DNA of 64,000 bases from an uncultured Clostridium sp. (GCA_947384775.1 CANDIF010000004.1:27132-91131), one strand, 5' to 3'. Positions 30,262 to 43,471 are shown, counted from the stretch's first letter. Numbers and translations are program-made. Notes: a model not told the origin generated them from the sequence alone.

Positions 30262-32337
30262 TTGGCAAATCTAGACAAAAAGAATGTTAGATATAATATA
30301 CTAACTATATTAGTATATATAGTAGGACTGATAATGATTATACAGTTATTTAACTTGCAAATTGTTCATGGAGAAGAATACTTGGAAAAATCAAGCTTAA
30401 GATTAACAAGAGAAACTACAATAAAAGCAGCAAGAGGGAATATCAGAGATTGCAATGGTAATATAATAGCAGGGACAACGGTTAAATATTCATTAGAAAT
30501 TTATAGGAGTAAAATAGAAGAAAGCGTATTAAATGATACAATATTAAGAACAATAAATGTACTAGAAAAAAACAACGATGAATATAATAACGAATTTCCA
30601 ATAGATTCAAATACAATGAACTATAAATATGATGAAGAAAAAATACAAACGATTTTAAAAGAAAATAAACTAGATGAAAATATGTCTGCAGAGCAATTTA
30701 TAGATAATTATATAAATCAATATAATTTACAAAACTATTCAAGAACAGATGCATTAAAAATAATAGCTGTTCGATATGGCATAACTAAAAAGGGCTATAG
30801 TAGTATGAGAGGATATGAGATTTCTTCGAATATAAGTGAAACAAGTATAGCAGAAATTGAAGAAAAAGCACAAGAATTTCCAGGAATTACAATAGACTAT
30901 ATTCCAGTACGTGAATATAAATATGGAAGTTTAATGTCACATGTACTTGGATATGTAGGAAAAATAGATGCAGATGAATATAAAAATAGCATACGGATAT
31001 ACATTAAATGACTATATAGGAAAAACAGGAATTGAGTATGTTTGCGAAAAATATTTAAAAGGAACAGATGGAAAAAAGCAAACAGATATGTCTGTAGATG
31101 GAACAATAACAGGAGAATATGTAACAGAGGTAGCAACTCAAGGAAATGATGTAATATTAACAATAGATGCAAAAGTACAACAAGCAACAGAAGAATCTTT
31201 AAAAAATACTATAGAAAAAATAAAAACAGGAGGATTCGGAGAAAAAAGGGAAGTAAATGCAGGATGTGCAGTAGTTCTTAATGTAAAAACTGGAGAGGTA
31301 ATTTCTATGTATAGTTATCCCGATTTTGAACCACAATTATTTGTTCAAGGAATAAGCACAGAAAAATGGAATGAATATACAGAAGAAAATACAAAAGCAC
31401 TATTAAATAGAACAACACAAACAGCGTATGCACCAGGTTCAATATTTAAAATGGTCCCAGCAATAGCTGGATTAGAAACAAATAAAATAACTATTGAAGA
31501 AAATATAAATTGTGCAGGAATATACCCCAAAGGATATCATCCAAAATGCTGGTATTATAGCACATATGGAAGAGGACATGGAGATTTGACAGTATCACAA
31601 GCAATACAGAAATCTTGCAACTGTTATTTTTACGAAGTAGGAACAAGAATAGGAATAGAGACAATAGAAGAATATGCAACATATTTTGGATTAGGGCAAA
31701 AAACAAATATTGAACTAGTAGGAGAAATATCAGGAACACTCGCAGGAAAAAAACTTTATGATAAAATAGGAGAAACATGGTATTATGGAAATACTCTATC
31801 AGCAGTAATTCGGACAAGCAGAAAATAACTTTACACCAATACAAATGGCAAAATATATTGCAATGCTTACAAATGGAGGAAAACAAATAGATATAACTTT
31901 AATCAAAAATATTACAACCAAGGAAGGAACAAATATAGATAGAACAGAAATCAATTCATATATAAAAAATAAATTGGGAATAAAAGATGTAGTTAATGAA
32001 AATTTAGACATAAAAGAGGAAAATTTAAAAGCAATACTAGAAGGTATGAAATCAGTTACAACAGAAACCCGGGGGAACCGCATATTCAGTTTTTCGAGAT
32101 TTTAAAATAGAAGTAGGTGGAAAAACAGGAACGGCGGAAGCGGGAGAAAAAACAAATGCGTGGTTCGTAGGATTTGCACCATATGAAAGTCCAGAAATTG
32201 CAGTAGTAGTATTTTTAGAAAATGGAGAACATGGATCATATAGTGCAGAAGTAACTAGAGACATAATGGAAGCATATTTTGGATTAAATGAAGACATAGA
32301 AGAAGATAAAATAGCAAAACCATATGTAAACAATTAA
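30262..32337 (+). CDS. mrdA: Penicillin-binding protein 2 (class B), about 690 aa after three +1 shifts (CGGA 30994, CGGA 31811, CGGG 32070)
   Basis: AARGNIRD, GKTGIE, PGSIFK (SxxK), SCN, AVI-(C)GGA-Q...TPIQMA, TET-(C)GGG-GTA...GGKTGTAE...AWFVGFAP. Confidence 0.9.
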
Positions 32338-32369
32338 TAAGAATGAATTCAAAGAAGGGAATGAAAAAA

Positions 32370-32981
32370 ATGAAAAGTTGTATAGGAATTACTAGAAGAA
32401 AAGAGAAGATTATTATAAGAATAAAAGATGAAGCAACACAAGAAGAAATAATAGAGGACTTAAATAAGAGAATGGTAGACTTAAAGAAATTATTCAAAGA
32501 CGGAAAAAATGCAATTAGTATAGAAGGAAAAATTTTAACAGTCCAGGAAAAAGAAGAAATAAAAAGTATTATATTAGCAAAAATAAAAACAACAATATCA
32601 TTTAAATCAACACAAGAGTTAGGCTTAGCAAGTATAAAAAAAGTATATGAAAAGGATGTTTCAGATTCTTTAACAAGGCTATTTAGAGGAAGTCTACGCT
32701 CGGGACAAAAGCTTGAATTTGAAGGAAGTTTAGTAGTAATTGGGGATGTAAATAGTGGAGCAGAAGTTGTCGCAAGTGATAATATAATTATTGTAGGAAC
32801 ATTAAGAGGTTTGGCACATGCAGGAGCACAAGGTAATAAAAAAGCAGTAATTGCAGCAAATTCAATAGAAGGACCTCAAGTAAGAATTGCAGATGTTGTA
32901 AAAGAAATTGAATATGAGGATATTGAATTTAGAAAACAATATGCATATATAGATGGCGAAAATATTATATTAGAAGAATAG
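32370..32981 (+). CDS. minC: Septum site-determining protein MinC
   Basis: SLRSGQ, GDVNSGAEVVA, GTLRGLAHAG. Confidence 0.9.
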   Translation: MKSCIGITRRKEKIIIRIKDEATQEEIIEDLNKRMVDLKKLFKDGKNAISIEGKILTVQEKEEIKSIILAKIKTTISFKSTQELGLASIKKVYEKDVSDSLTRLFRGSLRSGQKLEFEGSLVVIGDVNSGAEVVASDNIIIVGTLRGLAHAGAQGNKKAVIAANSIEGPQVRIADVVKEIEYEDIEFRKQYAYIDGENIILEE

Positions 32982-33148
32982 CTTAAGACAAAAGTAAAAG
33001 TATTAAAATAACATATAAAATTTCATCATGCACATTTTCTTTATATAAGAAGAACAGCAAACATAAAATTAATAAATCATCAAAATAGAATTTCATGTTA
33101 AATAGTTCAATATATTCAGAATCGGTGTTGTCAAAAAATGGCAATAAG

Positions 33149-33514
33149 CTATTTAGTGTCATTTTTCAAATCACCACCTAAAAATGGAAGAATTTCCATT
33201 AATTTACTTAACTGAATATATTGATCTAATTTGTTTTTTCGATCCTCTTTCAAATATGGCTTTAAGGACAAAAGCAGTTTTGAACGAGGATTATCTTTTG
33301 TATTCATTTTATCCATAATTGATTTCATCTTAATGAAGGTATCAAAGTCAATATTTGCATTGCTTGTTTCACTTTCTTTATTAGATGTATTTCCACTACT
33401 GTTAGATACCGAATTATTATTGACCATACCCATTATACTATCAATCATTTCTGGTGAAATATTATCTTTATTTATATTAAATTTTTCAAATAAATTAGAC
33501 AAATCCTCATTCAC
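33149..33514 (-). CDS. Hypothetical protein
   Basis: DNPRSKLLLSLKPYL..RK.KLD motif typical of small clostridial proteins; GGAG SD. Confidence 0.65.
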   Translation of the reverse strand: MNEDLSNLFEKFNINKDNISPEMIDSIMGMVNNNSVSNSSGNTSNKESETSNANIDFDTFIKMKSIMDKMNTKDNPRSKLLLSLKPYLKEDRKNKLDQYIQLSKLMEILPFLGGDLKNDTK

Positions 33515-33526
33515 AATAAAAACTCC

Positions 33527-33667
33527 TTACTCTTTGCTTTGATTATTTTGATTTAAAATATTTTGACCATTTTTACTTTTCAAAAATTCATTAGCTTTGC
33601 TAATACCAGCTTCTAATTCTGCTTTATCCATTTTTGATAATGCTTGAAGCATTTTTGAGATATCCAT
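33527..33667 (-). CDS. Small hypothetical protein
   Basis: GGAGTG SD, MDISKMLQALSKMDKAELE; co-oriented with the next gene. Confidence 0.55.
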   Translation of the reverse strand: MDISKMLQALSKMDKAELEAGISKANEFLKSKNGQNILNQNNQSKE

Positions 33668-33796
33668 GTTATTCAAAAAAATCACTCCCATATAAATATA
33701 TGAAAACAATATACAAATATGTGAATAAATGTATTTACAAAATGATTTTTTTTATGATATAATTCTATTATTATTATATAATGAGGAAGAATAGAT

Positions 33797-34828
33797 ATGA
33801 ACCAAATTTTATCTACAGAAAGCAGTCAAAAAAAAGAAATTAAAAAGAATAAAAATAAGAAAAGCAATAGCGGTGGTTCAGGTTCAATTGCAGTAAAGAA
33901 AGCCGCTATAATATTTTCTATTATATTAATACTTTTTGCATTAGTAATTCTTTCAGTAAAATTAGTCCAAATGGCTAAAAACAAAGCACAGAATGGAAAA
34001 ATTGGAATGTTAAATAAACCACAAATAACAGTAGAAAGAGTAAATGCAGACAAAGTAAATATCAATGTTTCTTATGATGAAGACATTACAAAAATTAGTT
34101 GGTGGTGGAATGAAGACATATCACAAATACAAGAAAGAAATTATAATGTGAAATCAGTAGCAGTAGATATTCCTGATGGAGAAACGAATATATTAAATGT
34201 AGAGGTAATAGGAGCAGATGGAAAGAGCAATAAAATAGAAGAAACATTAACAAGAGAATATACAATAGAAATTGAAAGAAATCAGATTCCAGAAACAGAT
34301 AATATGGAATTGGTTGCAACAAGTGATAAAGGAATAGAAAAAATGGTGTATTACTGGAATGAAGAATCTCCGGTTACAATACCTGCTACACAAAACAATC
34401 AAAAAGAATTAAAAACGACAATTCAATTAAAAAGAGGAATGAATACGCTACATGTTATAGTAACAGACGTAGAAGGAAATACGAGAGAAAAAGAAGAAAT
34501 GTTACAATGTGTAAAACAACCAGAAATAGATGTACAAATAAACTTAGATCAAATGTTAATGGTAGTAACAGTTACACATGATATGGGACTTAAAAAGATA
34601 GAATTTGAGGCAAATGGTAAAAAAGTAGTATATGACGAAAACTATGCACAATATAATCCAGATAGAACGAAAGTAACATTAAAAGCAAGACTAAAAGAAG
34701 GAATAGATAATACAGCAAGTGTTGAAGCATATAGTAATGAAGAAATAGAGGATGGAAATACAACACATGCAACATACAGAGGACATAAGGATTTAACAGA
34801 TATGAATACAGATACAGAAGAGGAGTGA
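33797..34828 (+). CDS. Membrane-anchored protein with repeated beta-rich domains
   Basis: TM followed by repeats of I.K..(W/Y)WN....N.L.V.V.D..G. Confidence 0.7.
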   Translation: MNQILSTESSQKKEIKKNKNKKSNSGGSGSIAVKKAAIIFSIILILFALVILSVKLVQMAKNKAQNGKIGMLNKPQITVERVNADKVNINVSYDEDITKISWWWNEDISQIQERNYNVKSVAVDIPDGETNILNVEVIGADGKSNKIEETLTREYTIEIERNQIPETDNMELVATSDKGIEKMVYYWNEESPVTIPATQNNQKELKTTIQLKRGMNTLHVIVTDVEGNTREKEEMLQCVKQPEIDVQINLDQMLMVVTVTHDMGLKKIEFEANGKKVVYDENYAQYNPDRTKVTLKARLKEGIDNTASVEAYSNEEIEDGNTTHATYRGHKDLTDMNTDTEEE

Positions 34829-34835
34829 AAAAAAT

Positions 34836-35768
34836 ATGTTTCAGGAAATCTATATAATAGATAACCAGGAAGATTTTACAGAATCTTTAAAGGAACTATT
34901 TAAAAAAGACACAAACTTTAAGCTTATAAATGTAAAAGAAACACAAATAGATAATATTTTTCAAAATATACCAGAGATAATAGTAATAAATGAAGACAAT
35001 ATAAGTACACCTACTCTTGAACTATGCAAAACGATTAGAAAAAATGAAGACAACAATATTACACCATTAATAGTAAGTGCGACAAATGAAGACCAAAATC
35101 ATAAAATGGAATTGGCAAAAGCATCAGTAGAATATTATATACCAAAATCAATGGGAACAGAATATTTGTATTACAGAATTAAAAATATGTCTAGATTGCT
35201 TGCAGTAAATCGAACAGTAAGCCCATTAACAGGACTTCCAGGAAACGTTCAAATACAAAAGGAATTAAAAAAACGTTTATTAAAACAAGAAAGTTTTTCA
35301 GTATTATACTTAGATCTTGATAATTTCAAGGCATACAATGATGTATATGGTTTTTTACAAGGTGATGAAATAATAAAATTTACAGCAAGAACTATAGTAA
35401 AAAATGCTAATGAAAAAAATTCAAATGACATATTTATAGGACATATTGGCGGAGACGACTTTGTTGCAATTTTAAACATTAAAACAGATTACGAAAAAGT
35501 TTGCCAAAACATAATAAAACAATTTGATGAAGGAGTAAAGGAGTTTTTTACAAAAGAAGATAGAGAAAAAGGATATATAAAAATACAAAATAGAAAAGGT
35601 AAAATGGAGCATTTTCCATTAACCTCAATCTCAATAGGAGCAGTTTTTGCAGATAAAGATAAATTTGCAAATATTCTAGAAATAGGCGAAATAGGAGCAC
35701 AGATGAAGCATTTAGCTAAGAAGTATAAAGGAAGCTGCTATGCAGTAGATAGAAGAAAGAAAATGTAA
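34836..35768 (+). CDS. Receiver-like domain plus GGDEF diguanylate cyclase
   Basis: PLTGLPGN, DLDNFKAYND.YG..GD, HIGGDDF. Confidence 0.85.
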   Translation: MFQEIYIIDNQEDFTESLKELFKKDTNFKLINVKETQIDNIFQNIPEIIVINEDNISTPTLELCKTIRKNEDNNITPLIVSATNEDQNHKMELAKASVEYYIPKSMGTEYLYYRIKNMSRLLAVNRTVSPLTGLPGNVQIQKELKKRLLKQESFSVLYLDLDNFKAYNDVYGFLQGDEIIKFTARTIVKNANEKNSNDIFIGHIGGDDFVAILNIKTDYEKVCQNIIKQFDEGVKEFFTKEDREKGYIKIQNRKGKMEHFPLTSISIGAVFADKDKFANILEIGEIGAQMKHLAKKYKGSCYAVDRRKKM

Positions 35769-35814
35769 TAAATAAAAAAATATCTCCATATATTTTAAAA
35801 GTGGAGGTATTTTT

Positions 35815-36524
35815 ATGTATGTAATTCAATCTAAAAGAATATATTTAATATTATTTTGCCTTTTTATATCAACTATTGCATTTAATATAACTACGAAAAA
35901 GAAAGAAACTCTTCCAACAGTAGCTTTACCAATAAATAATAAAGTAATAGTACTAGATGCAGGACATCGGAGGAGAAGATGGAGGACGGAACAAGTAGCA
36001 ATGGAATATCAGAAGCAGAGATAAATTTAAAAATAGCACAAAAGGTGCAAAGTCTTATAGAATCTTCAGGAGGAAATGTAATTTTAACACGTTCAGACGA
36101 AAATGCGATTTATGATTTAGACAAAAAAACGTTGAAGGAGAAGAAAATTTCAGATATAAAAAATCGTGTTAAGATAGGGAATGAATCATCAGCAGATGCA
36201 TTTATCTCAATACATTTAAATAAAATACCGCAAAGTGAATACTGGGGATGGCAAACTTTTTATAAAAACGGAAATGATGAAAGCAAAAATTTAGCATTAT
36301 CAATACAAAATGGTTTAAATGAAAGCATAGAAAAAGAAAATAAAAGAGTTCCTCTAAAAATAGAAAATGTATATATAATAGAAAACGTTGAAATTCCCAC
36401 TGCAATAGTTGAATGCGGCTTTTTATCTAATGTAGAAGAGGAACAACTATTACAGCAGGAAGAATATCAAGATAAACTAGCATGGGGAATATATATGGGA
36501 ATAATGAATTACTTTTTAGAATAA
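35815..36524 (+). CDS. cwlD: Germination N-acetylmuramoyl-L-alanine amidase CwlD, joined by two +1 shifts (CGGA 35968 and 35987)
   Basis: VLDAGH-(C)GGA-GEDGG-(C)[41 protein letters not shown]. Confidence 0.85.
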
Positions 36525-38183
36525 CCCTGTTATTTTACCATTTTCGTCCACATCAATTTTTTCAGCAGCAGGAACTTTTGGAAGTCCTGGCATTGTCATT
36601 ATAGAACCAGTTAGTGCTACTATAAAGCCTGCTCCAGCTGAAACTTTGACTTCACGAACTGTAACTACAAAATTATCAGGAGCTCCAAGCTTTGTCATAT
36701 CATCTGAAAAACTATATTGGGTTTTTGCCATACATATAGGCAAATTTCCAAATCCTAAAGAAGTTAATTTTTTTATTTGCTCTTGAGCTTCAGGTGTGAA
36801 ACTTACTCCAGAACCTCCATAGATTTTCTTTACAATTGCTTCAATTTTAGCTTCGATAGTATTATCTAATTCATAGCTAAAATTAAAATTATTTGATTCT
36901 TCACAAAGTTTAACAACTTCTTTTGCAAGATCTATTCCACCATTTCCACCATTTGCCCAAACATCAGAAAGAACAACATTTACACCAAGTTCTTTACATT
37001 TTTTTATTACTAAATTTATTTCTGCATCAGTATCTGTAGGAAATTTATTGATAGCTACAACAGTAGGCAATCCATAAACGTTTTTCATATTTGAAAGATG
37101 TCTTAATAAATTTGGCAGACCTTTTTCAAGTGCTACTAAGTTTTCAGTATTAAGCTCAGTTTTTTCCATTCCACCATGCATTTTTAGAGCTCTAATTGTA
37201 GCAACTAAAACAACACAAGAAGGATTTAAACCACTAAGTCTACACTTTATATCTAAGAACTTTTCTGCACCCAAATCAGCACCAAAACCTGCTTCAGTAA
37301 CTGTGTAATCTCCAAGTTTCATTGCCATTTTTGTAGCAATAACAGAATTACAACCATGAGCAATATTTGCAAATGGTCCACCATGAACTATTGCAGGAGT
37401 ATGTTCTAAAGTTTGTACTAAGTTAGGCTTTAAAGCATCTTTCAATAATGCTGTCATAGCTCCTTCTGCCTTTAAATCTCCAGCAGTTATAGGTTTATCA
37501 TCATATGTATATCCTACAATAAGTTTAGCAAGTCTTTTCTTTAAATCAGTAATTGAAGATGCTAAACAGAAAACTGCCATAATTTCAGATGCAACAGTTA
37601 TATCATAACCATCATCACGAGGAACACCATTTTTACCCCCACCTAGACCGTCTTTTACAAAACGAAGTTGGCGGTCATTCATATCTACACAACGTTTCCA
37701 TGTTATTTTTGTTGGATCAATATTTAAAGAGTTTCCTTGAAAAATGTGATTATCAAGCATTGCAGCAAGTAAATTATTGGCTGCACCAATTGCATGAAAA
37801 TCGCCTGTAAAGTGTAGGTTTATATCTTCCATAGGAACAACTTGAGCATAACCACCTCCAGCAGCTCCTCCTTTTATACCGAAAACAGGTCCTAAAGAAG
37901 GTTCACGCAAGGCTACTATTACATTTTTATTTATTTTTCTTAGACCGTCAGCAAGACCTATTGTTGTTGTTGTTTTACCTTCTCCGGCTGGAGTAGGACT
38001 AATGGCTGTAACTAGAATAAGCTTGCTGTTAGTGTTTGTTTCTTTTTGTAGTAATGATAAATCAATTTTGGCTTTGTAATTTCCATACTGTTCAATATAT
38101 GAAGTATCAATATTTGCATCTTTTGCTATTTCTAAAATATTTTTCATTCGAGCTTCCCCGGCAATTTCAATATCTGTTTTCAT
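36516..38183 (-). CDS. fhs: Formate--tetrahydrofolate ligase
   Basis: [52 protein letters not shown]. Confidence 0.97.
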   Translation of the reverse strand: MKTDIEIAGEARMKNILEIAKDANIDTSYIEQYGNYKAKIDLSLLQKETNTNSKLILVTAISPTPAGEGKTTTTIGLADGLRKINKNVIVALREPSLGPVFGIKGGAAGGGYAQVVPMEDINLHFTGDFHAIGAANNLLAAMLDNHIFQGNSLNIDPTKITWKRCVDMNDRQLRFVKDGLGGGKNGVPRDDGYDITVASEIMAVFCLASSITDLKKRLAKLIVGYTYDDKPITAGDLKAEGAMTALLKDALKPNLVQTLEHTPAIVHGGPFANIAHGCNSVIATKMAMKLGDYTVTEAGFGADLGAEKFLDIKCRLSGLNPSCVVLVATIRALKMHGGMEKTELNTENLVALEKGLPNLLRHLSNMKNVYGLPTVVAINKFPTDTDAEINLVIKKCKELGVNVVLSDVWANGGNGGIDLAKEVVKLCEESNNFNFSYELDNTIEAKIEAIVKKIYGGSGVSFTPEAQEQIKKLTSLGFGNLPICMAKTQYSFSDDMTKLGAPDNFVVTVREVKVSAGAGFIVALTGSIMTMPGLPKVPAAEKIDVDENGKITGLF

Positions 38184-38338
38184 TGGCAACACCTCTTGCC
38201 TTTAATATATAAATAAATGAGAAAAAAGTCAATATAAAAAAACAAAACAACATGAAATTCTTATTTAAATATATTGTAAAAAAAATAAAATTGGATTATA
38301 ATGCAAATGTAGAAAAATGTAGAAATAAGGTGAGAACC

Positions 38339-40279
38339 ATGAAAAAGTTAAAAACATTAGCATATTGGACTATTTTCATAATATATGAAGAAGTAGTTTT
38401 TTCAATATTGATTTTTGGGAAATTCCCTAAGACTTTTTTGTGGTTAATTTTATTATCAACACAGTTTGCTTTATTTTTAGACATATTAACATCAATGTTT
38501 AAAAATAAGATTACAAATACAATTATAACATATGTTTTAACAGCTTCAACATGTTTTATAGTTGGGGCACAGCTTATTTATTATAAAATATATGGAGCAA
38601 TAATATCATTTTTCTCAATTATGAATAGTGCACAAGTAACGCAGTTCATGGATACAATTTTTGTTAAGATGGGAGAGAATTTATTTGGGATTTTTCTTAT
38701 TGCACTTCCATTTTTAGTATTAATAATTCTGAATATTACTAAAGCTTTGAGCTTTGAAAGAATGAAATTAAGGAACTGTTTAATTGAATCTTTTTCAATA
38801 ATTACAATAACTATACTTGGATTATTATGTGTAAATTTTATAAATACGAAAGGAATATATTCAAATAAGAATTTATATTATAATGTACATTCTCCTAAAA
38901 TAACAGTAAATAGAATGGGATTATATACAGCAATGAAATTAGATTTGAAACGCTTTATATTTGGGTTTGAGGAGAAACTAACAGTTGAAGTTACAGCAAT
39001 CCCAGAAGATGCTATAAAGGAAGAAAAGTCTTATAATATAACAGAAATTGATTTTGATACTTTAATTGCTGATGAAACTGACGAAGAAATAAAATTAATG
39101 CATGAATATTTTGCAAATCAAATTCCAAGTGAGCAAAATGAATATACAGGAATGTTTGAAGGAAAAAATTTGATAGTACTTGTGGCAGAAGCACTAAGTG
39201 ATGTTGCAATTAGAGAAGATGTAACGCCTAATTTATATAAGCTGTATAAAGAGGGATTTCAATTTACAAATTTTTATACTCCATTATATCCAGTTAGTAC
39301 AGCAGATGGAGAATATATAACAGATATGTCTTTAATTCCTAAAGAAGGTGTATGGAGCATGTATAGAATAAATGGAAATTATGTTCCATATTCATACGCA
39401 AATGCCTTCGAAAATGTAGGATATACAAGCAATAGCTATCATAACCACACTTCAACATATTATCATAGGGATGAATTTTTAAATACTTTGGGCTATGACT
39501 CCTTTTTAGCTACAGGAACAGGACTAGAAGACAGAATGAATACAAAATTATGGCCAAATAGCGATTACGAAATGATTGATGTTACAATAGGAGATTATAT
39601 TAACAATGAAAAATTCTTAGCATATTATATGACAGTAAGTGGACATTTAAATTATACAACAGCAGGAAACTGTATGTCAGGTAGAAACTGGGAACAAGTA
39701 AAGAATTTGCCATATTCACATAAAGCAAAAGCATATTTAGCATGTCAAATAGAGTTAGATAAAGCAATTGGAGAGATAATAAATGAATTAACTCTTGCAG
39801 GAAGATTAGAAGACACAGTAATAGTTATAAGTCCTGACCACTATCCATATGGTTTAACATTAGCAGAACTTAATGAATTGTCAAGCTATGAGAGAGACGA
39901 AATATTTGAAAAACATCATACTCCATTATTAATTTGGAGTGCATCTATGGAGACACCAGTAAAAATTGATAAAGTTTGTTCAAGTTTAGATGTATTGCCA
40001 ACTGTGCTAAATCTGTTTGGCATAGAATATGATTCAAGATTATTAGTTGGAAATGATATATTATCAGAAAATAAAGAACAGATAGTAATTTATTCAGATA
40101 GAAGCTTTATAACAGACAAGGGAAGATACAATTCTATTACAGATACATTTACTCCAAATAGTGACATAGAGATAGAAGAGGGGTATGTTGATAAAATTAA
40201 TACAATAATTTATCAGAAATATAATATGTCAAAATTAATATTGGAAAAAGATTATTATAGAAAAATTTTTAATAAATAA
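38339..40279 (+). CDS. LTA synthase family (sulfatase-fold) membrane protein
   Basis: 5 TM segments, GKNLI...E, STADGE, TVSGH, SPDHYPYG, DVLPT. Confidence 0.85.
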   Translation: MKKLKTLAYWTIFIIYEEVVFSILIFGKFPKTFLWLILLSTQFALFLDILTSMFKNKITNTIITYVLTASTCFIVGAQLIYYKIYGAIISFFSIMNSAQVTQFMDTIFVKMGENLFGIFLIALPFLVLIILNITKALSFERMKLRNCLIESFSIITITILGLLCVNFINTKGIYSNKNLYYNVHSPKITVNRMGLYTAMKLDLKRFIFGFEEKLTVEVTAIPEDAIKEEKSYNITEIDFDTLIADETDEEIKLMHEYFANQIPSEQNEYTGMFEGKNLIVLVAEALSDVAIREDVTPNLYKLYKEGFQFTNFYTPLYPVSTADGEYITDMSLIPKEGVWSMYRINGNYVPYSYANAFENVGYTSNSYHNHTSTYYHRDEFLNTLGYDSFLATGTGLEDRMNTKLWPNSDYEMIDVTIGDYINNEKFLAYYMTVSGHLNYTTAGNCMSGRNWEQVKNLPYSHKAKAYLACQIELDKAIGEIINELTLAGRLEDTVIVISPDHYPYGLTLAELNELSSYERDEIFEKHHTPLLIWSASMETPVKIDKVCSSLDVLPTVLNLFGIEYDSRLLVGNDILSENKEQIVIYSDRSFITDKGRYNSITDTFTPNSDIEIEEGYVDKINTIIYQKYNMSKLILEKDYYRKIFNK

Positions 40280-40316
40280 AAAGATGCCATAATAGGCATC
40301 TTCCTATTTTGATAGT

Positions 40317-41597
<1,281 letters not shown>

Positions 41598-41647
41598 CTA
41601 AAATAAAATATGTTCTTAAATGAGCAATGGCTTTTAAGAACACATAT

Positions 41648-41676
41648 ATTATGTTATATTTTGGGGGATTTGTCAA
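41648..41676 (-). promoter_or_regulatory. Probable purA promoter
   Basis: TTGACA-17-CATAAT on the minus strand. Confidence 0.55.
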
Positions 41677-41836
41677 TATTTTAGACGAAAAAATAAATAA
41701 TTTTTATAGCCGAAAAACCTTGATTTTTCAAGGAAAATATGATATTATAGATAAAATACATTAAAAAAGTCGCTATTTTATGGCGACTTTTTTAATAATT
41801 ATAGATTAGAGTTTATAAGAAGTCTATAAAAAATCC

Positions 41837-41916
41837 GCTCCATCTTGCTGGATATTCGATTTTTAAAATTTAAATAGCGTTGCTTAGAATTTTAAAAATG
41901 AATATCCATGTGGAGC
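41837..41916. repeat. Dispersed palindromic repeat, copy 2
   Basis: Similar to 2786-2866; its left end AATCCGCTCCATCTTGCTGGATATT is identical to 1613-1637. Confidence 0.75.
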
Positions 41917-41977
41917 TATGTAATATAATCCAATAAATTAACTAAAATTGTAATGAATACATTAAGTTTATACTAAT

Positions 41978-42370
41978 TTATAAATTAAAGTTATGTGGTA
42001 ATAGGTCAGAAATAGTATATTCAGACACTTTATTATCAGGACTTAATAAATAAATTTTAAAATTTTTGTCTACAAATTCACTCATGAATTGTCTACAATA
42101 ACCGCATGGTGTACAGTTTCCCAATGTGTCTAGAGAACTTCCTCCACATATTACTATATATTCAAATTCTTTTTCTCCTTCTGATATTGCTTTTGTAAAT
42201 GCAACTCTTTCTGCACATATTGACATGATTCCATCATTTTCTATATTACATCCTGAATAGATTTTTCCTGATTTTCCTTTTAATGCAGCTCCTACAAAGT
42301 ATTTTGAATGCGGAGCATAACTGTTTTGTCTTACTGATTTTGCAATAGAAATAGCTTCATTTAAATCCAT
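41978..42370 (-). CDS. cdd: Cytidine deaminase
   Basis: YAPHS.Y.VGAAL, GCNIEN, CAER, PCGYCRQ, LLP. Confidence 0.93.
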   Translation of the reverse strand: MDLNEAISIAKSVRQNSYAPHSKYFVGAALKGKSGKIYSGCNIENDGIMSICAERVAFTKAISEGEKEFEYIVICGGSSLDTLGNCTPCGYCRQFMSEFVDKNFKIYLLSPDNKVSEYTISDLLPHNFNL

Positions 42371-42486
42371 ATAAAACCTCTCTTTCTCTATGTAATATAC
42401 TATAAAAGGTGGTAAAAAGCAACAAATAAGCGTTGAAAAAAGTCGAAAAATGTAGTATAATAGTAAACCGTAAGGAGGTATGATTT

Positions 42487-42969
42487 ATGCATACAAATTC
42501 CTTAGATGTTCGGCTATTAGAAAATAGTCTAGACTTTAGGCCGAGAAAATGGGCAGGAAGGCTTCTTGGTGCAGGTTGCTATCCATATGCAGCAAATTTC
42601 TACTATGAAAAGTTCATTAAAATTGGAGAACTCATTGGAGAACCTTGTGGTATGAAGACTCCAGATCATGAACTAATATTTATATTGTGGAAAGAATTAC
42701 TGCATTTGGGGTATAAGTCTGTTAGAGAAGTGCAGACTGATTACATAGTGCAACCAGGTGAGTTGAAAATCTATCTGCGGAGAGTGGATCAATTAGGTAT
42801 GTATCATTTATTCCGACAGAACAGTGATGGCTTGTGGTCTCATAAATATAGAAACAAACTGCCATCAGAGAGAGACTCTTATCAAGATCTTCTCATTAAT
42901 CCAGCTAACCAAAAATCAAAAGAGGGATTTACATATCATGGCTGGTGTTTCCTGCTCAACAGGGATTAG
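42487..42969 (+). CDS. Orphan hypothetical protein (possible Cys-His hydrolase fold)
   Basis: TTGAAA-17-TATAAT promoter, AAGGAGG SD, CYPYA...YHLFRQNSDGLWSHK, GC-rich terminator at about 42985-43024. Confidence 0.7.
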   Translation: MHTNSLDVRLLENSLDFRPRKWAGRLLGAGCYPYAANFYYEKFIKIGELIGEPCGMKTPDHELIFILWKELLHLGYKSVREVQTDYIVQPGELKIYLRRVDQLGMYHLFRQNSDGLWSHKYRNKLPSERDSYQDLLINPANQKSKEGFTYHGWCFLLNRD

Positions 42970-43048
42970 CTGTAGCCTATCCCTGGGCCGCCAACAATAA
43001 CAAGTTGGCGGCCGTTTTTCTTTTATAATATAAAAAAAATATATGAAA

Positions 43049-43471
43049 CTATAAATATTTCTTTAAATCTTCTACATTTTTTTCTTGTAAACGAACAAAA
43101 TCAGATAGAATATTTTTAACCTCTTTAGTTGTAGAGACGTTATTTAAAAGTTTTCTGCCTTTAATAATTCCCATATTTGTGCCTTGTATTAAAAGATCGG
43201 ATAATTTAGAATTACTAGTATCATTAACGGTGTTTAACTGAATTCCCATCCATGACATTGCTTTTTGCATCATAGGTGTATCTTCAATTTCTTCATGATT
43301 TTCTACTAATAATTCTTGAGTTCTATCAAATATATTTTTATATTCTTTATGTTGTTTATTTAGTAGGCTCTCAAAGTTTTCATCTTGAACTTTATTTAAC
43401 ACAGTACTTATTGAATCCATACCCATTTTAGCATCTTTGCTAATTTCTTTTAAAAGTGAAAAATTTTCCAT
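43049..43471 (-). CDS. Ferritin-like four-helix hypothetical protein (likely sporulation-related)
   Basis: AKMGMDSI, IQGTNMGI, E.NVE.LKKYL; GGAGG SD. Confidence 0.65.
   Translation of the reverse strand: MENFSLLKEISKDAKMGMDSISTVLNKVQDENFESLLNKQHKEYKNIFDRTQELLVENHEEIEDTPMMQKAMSWMGIQLNTVNDTSNSKLSDLLIQGTNMGIIKGRKLLNNVSTTKEVKNILSDFVRLQEKNVEDLKKYL

Noticed and set aside
36516-36524. Overlapping 3' ends of cwlD and fhs
   Set aside because: A 9-bp convergent overlap is common in compact genomes.
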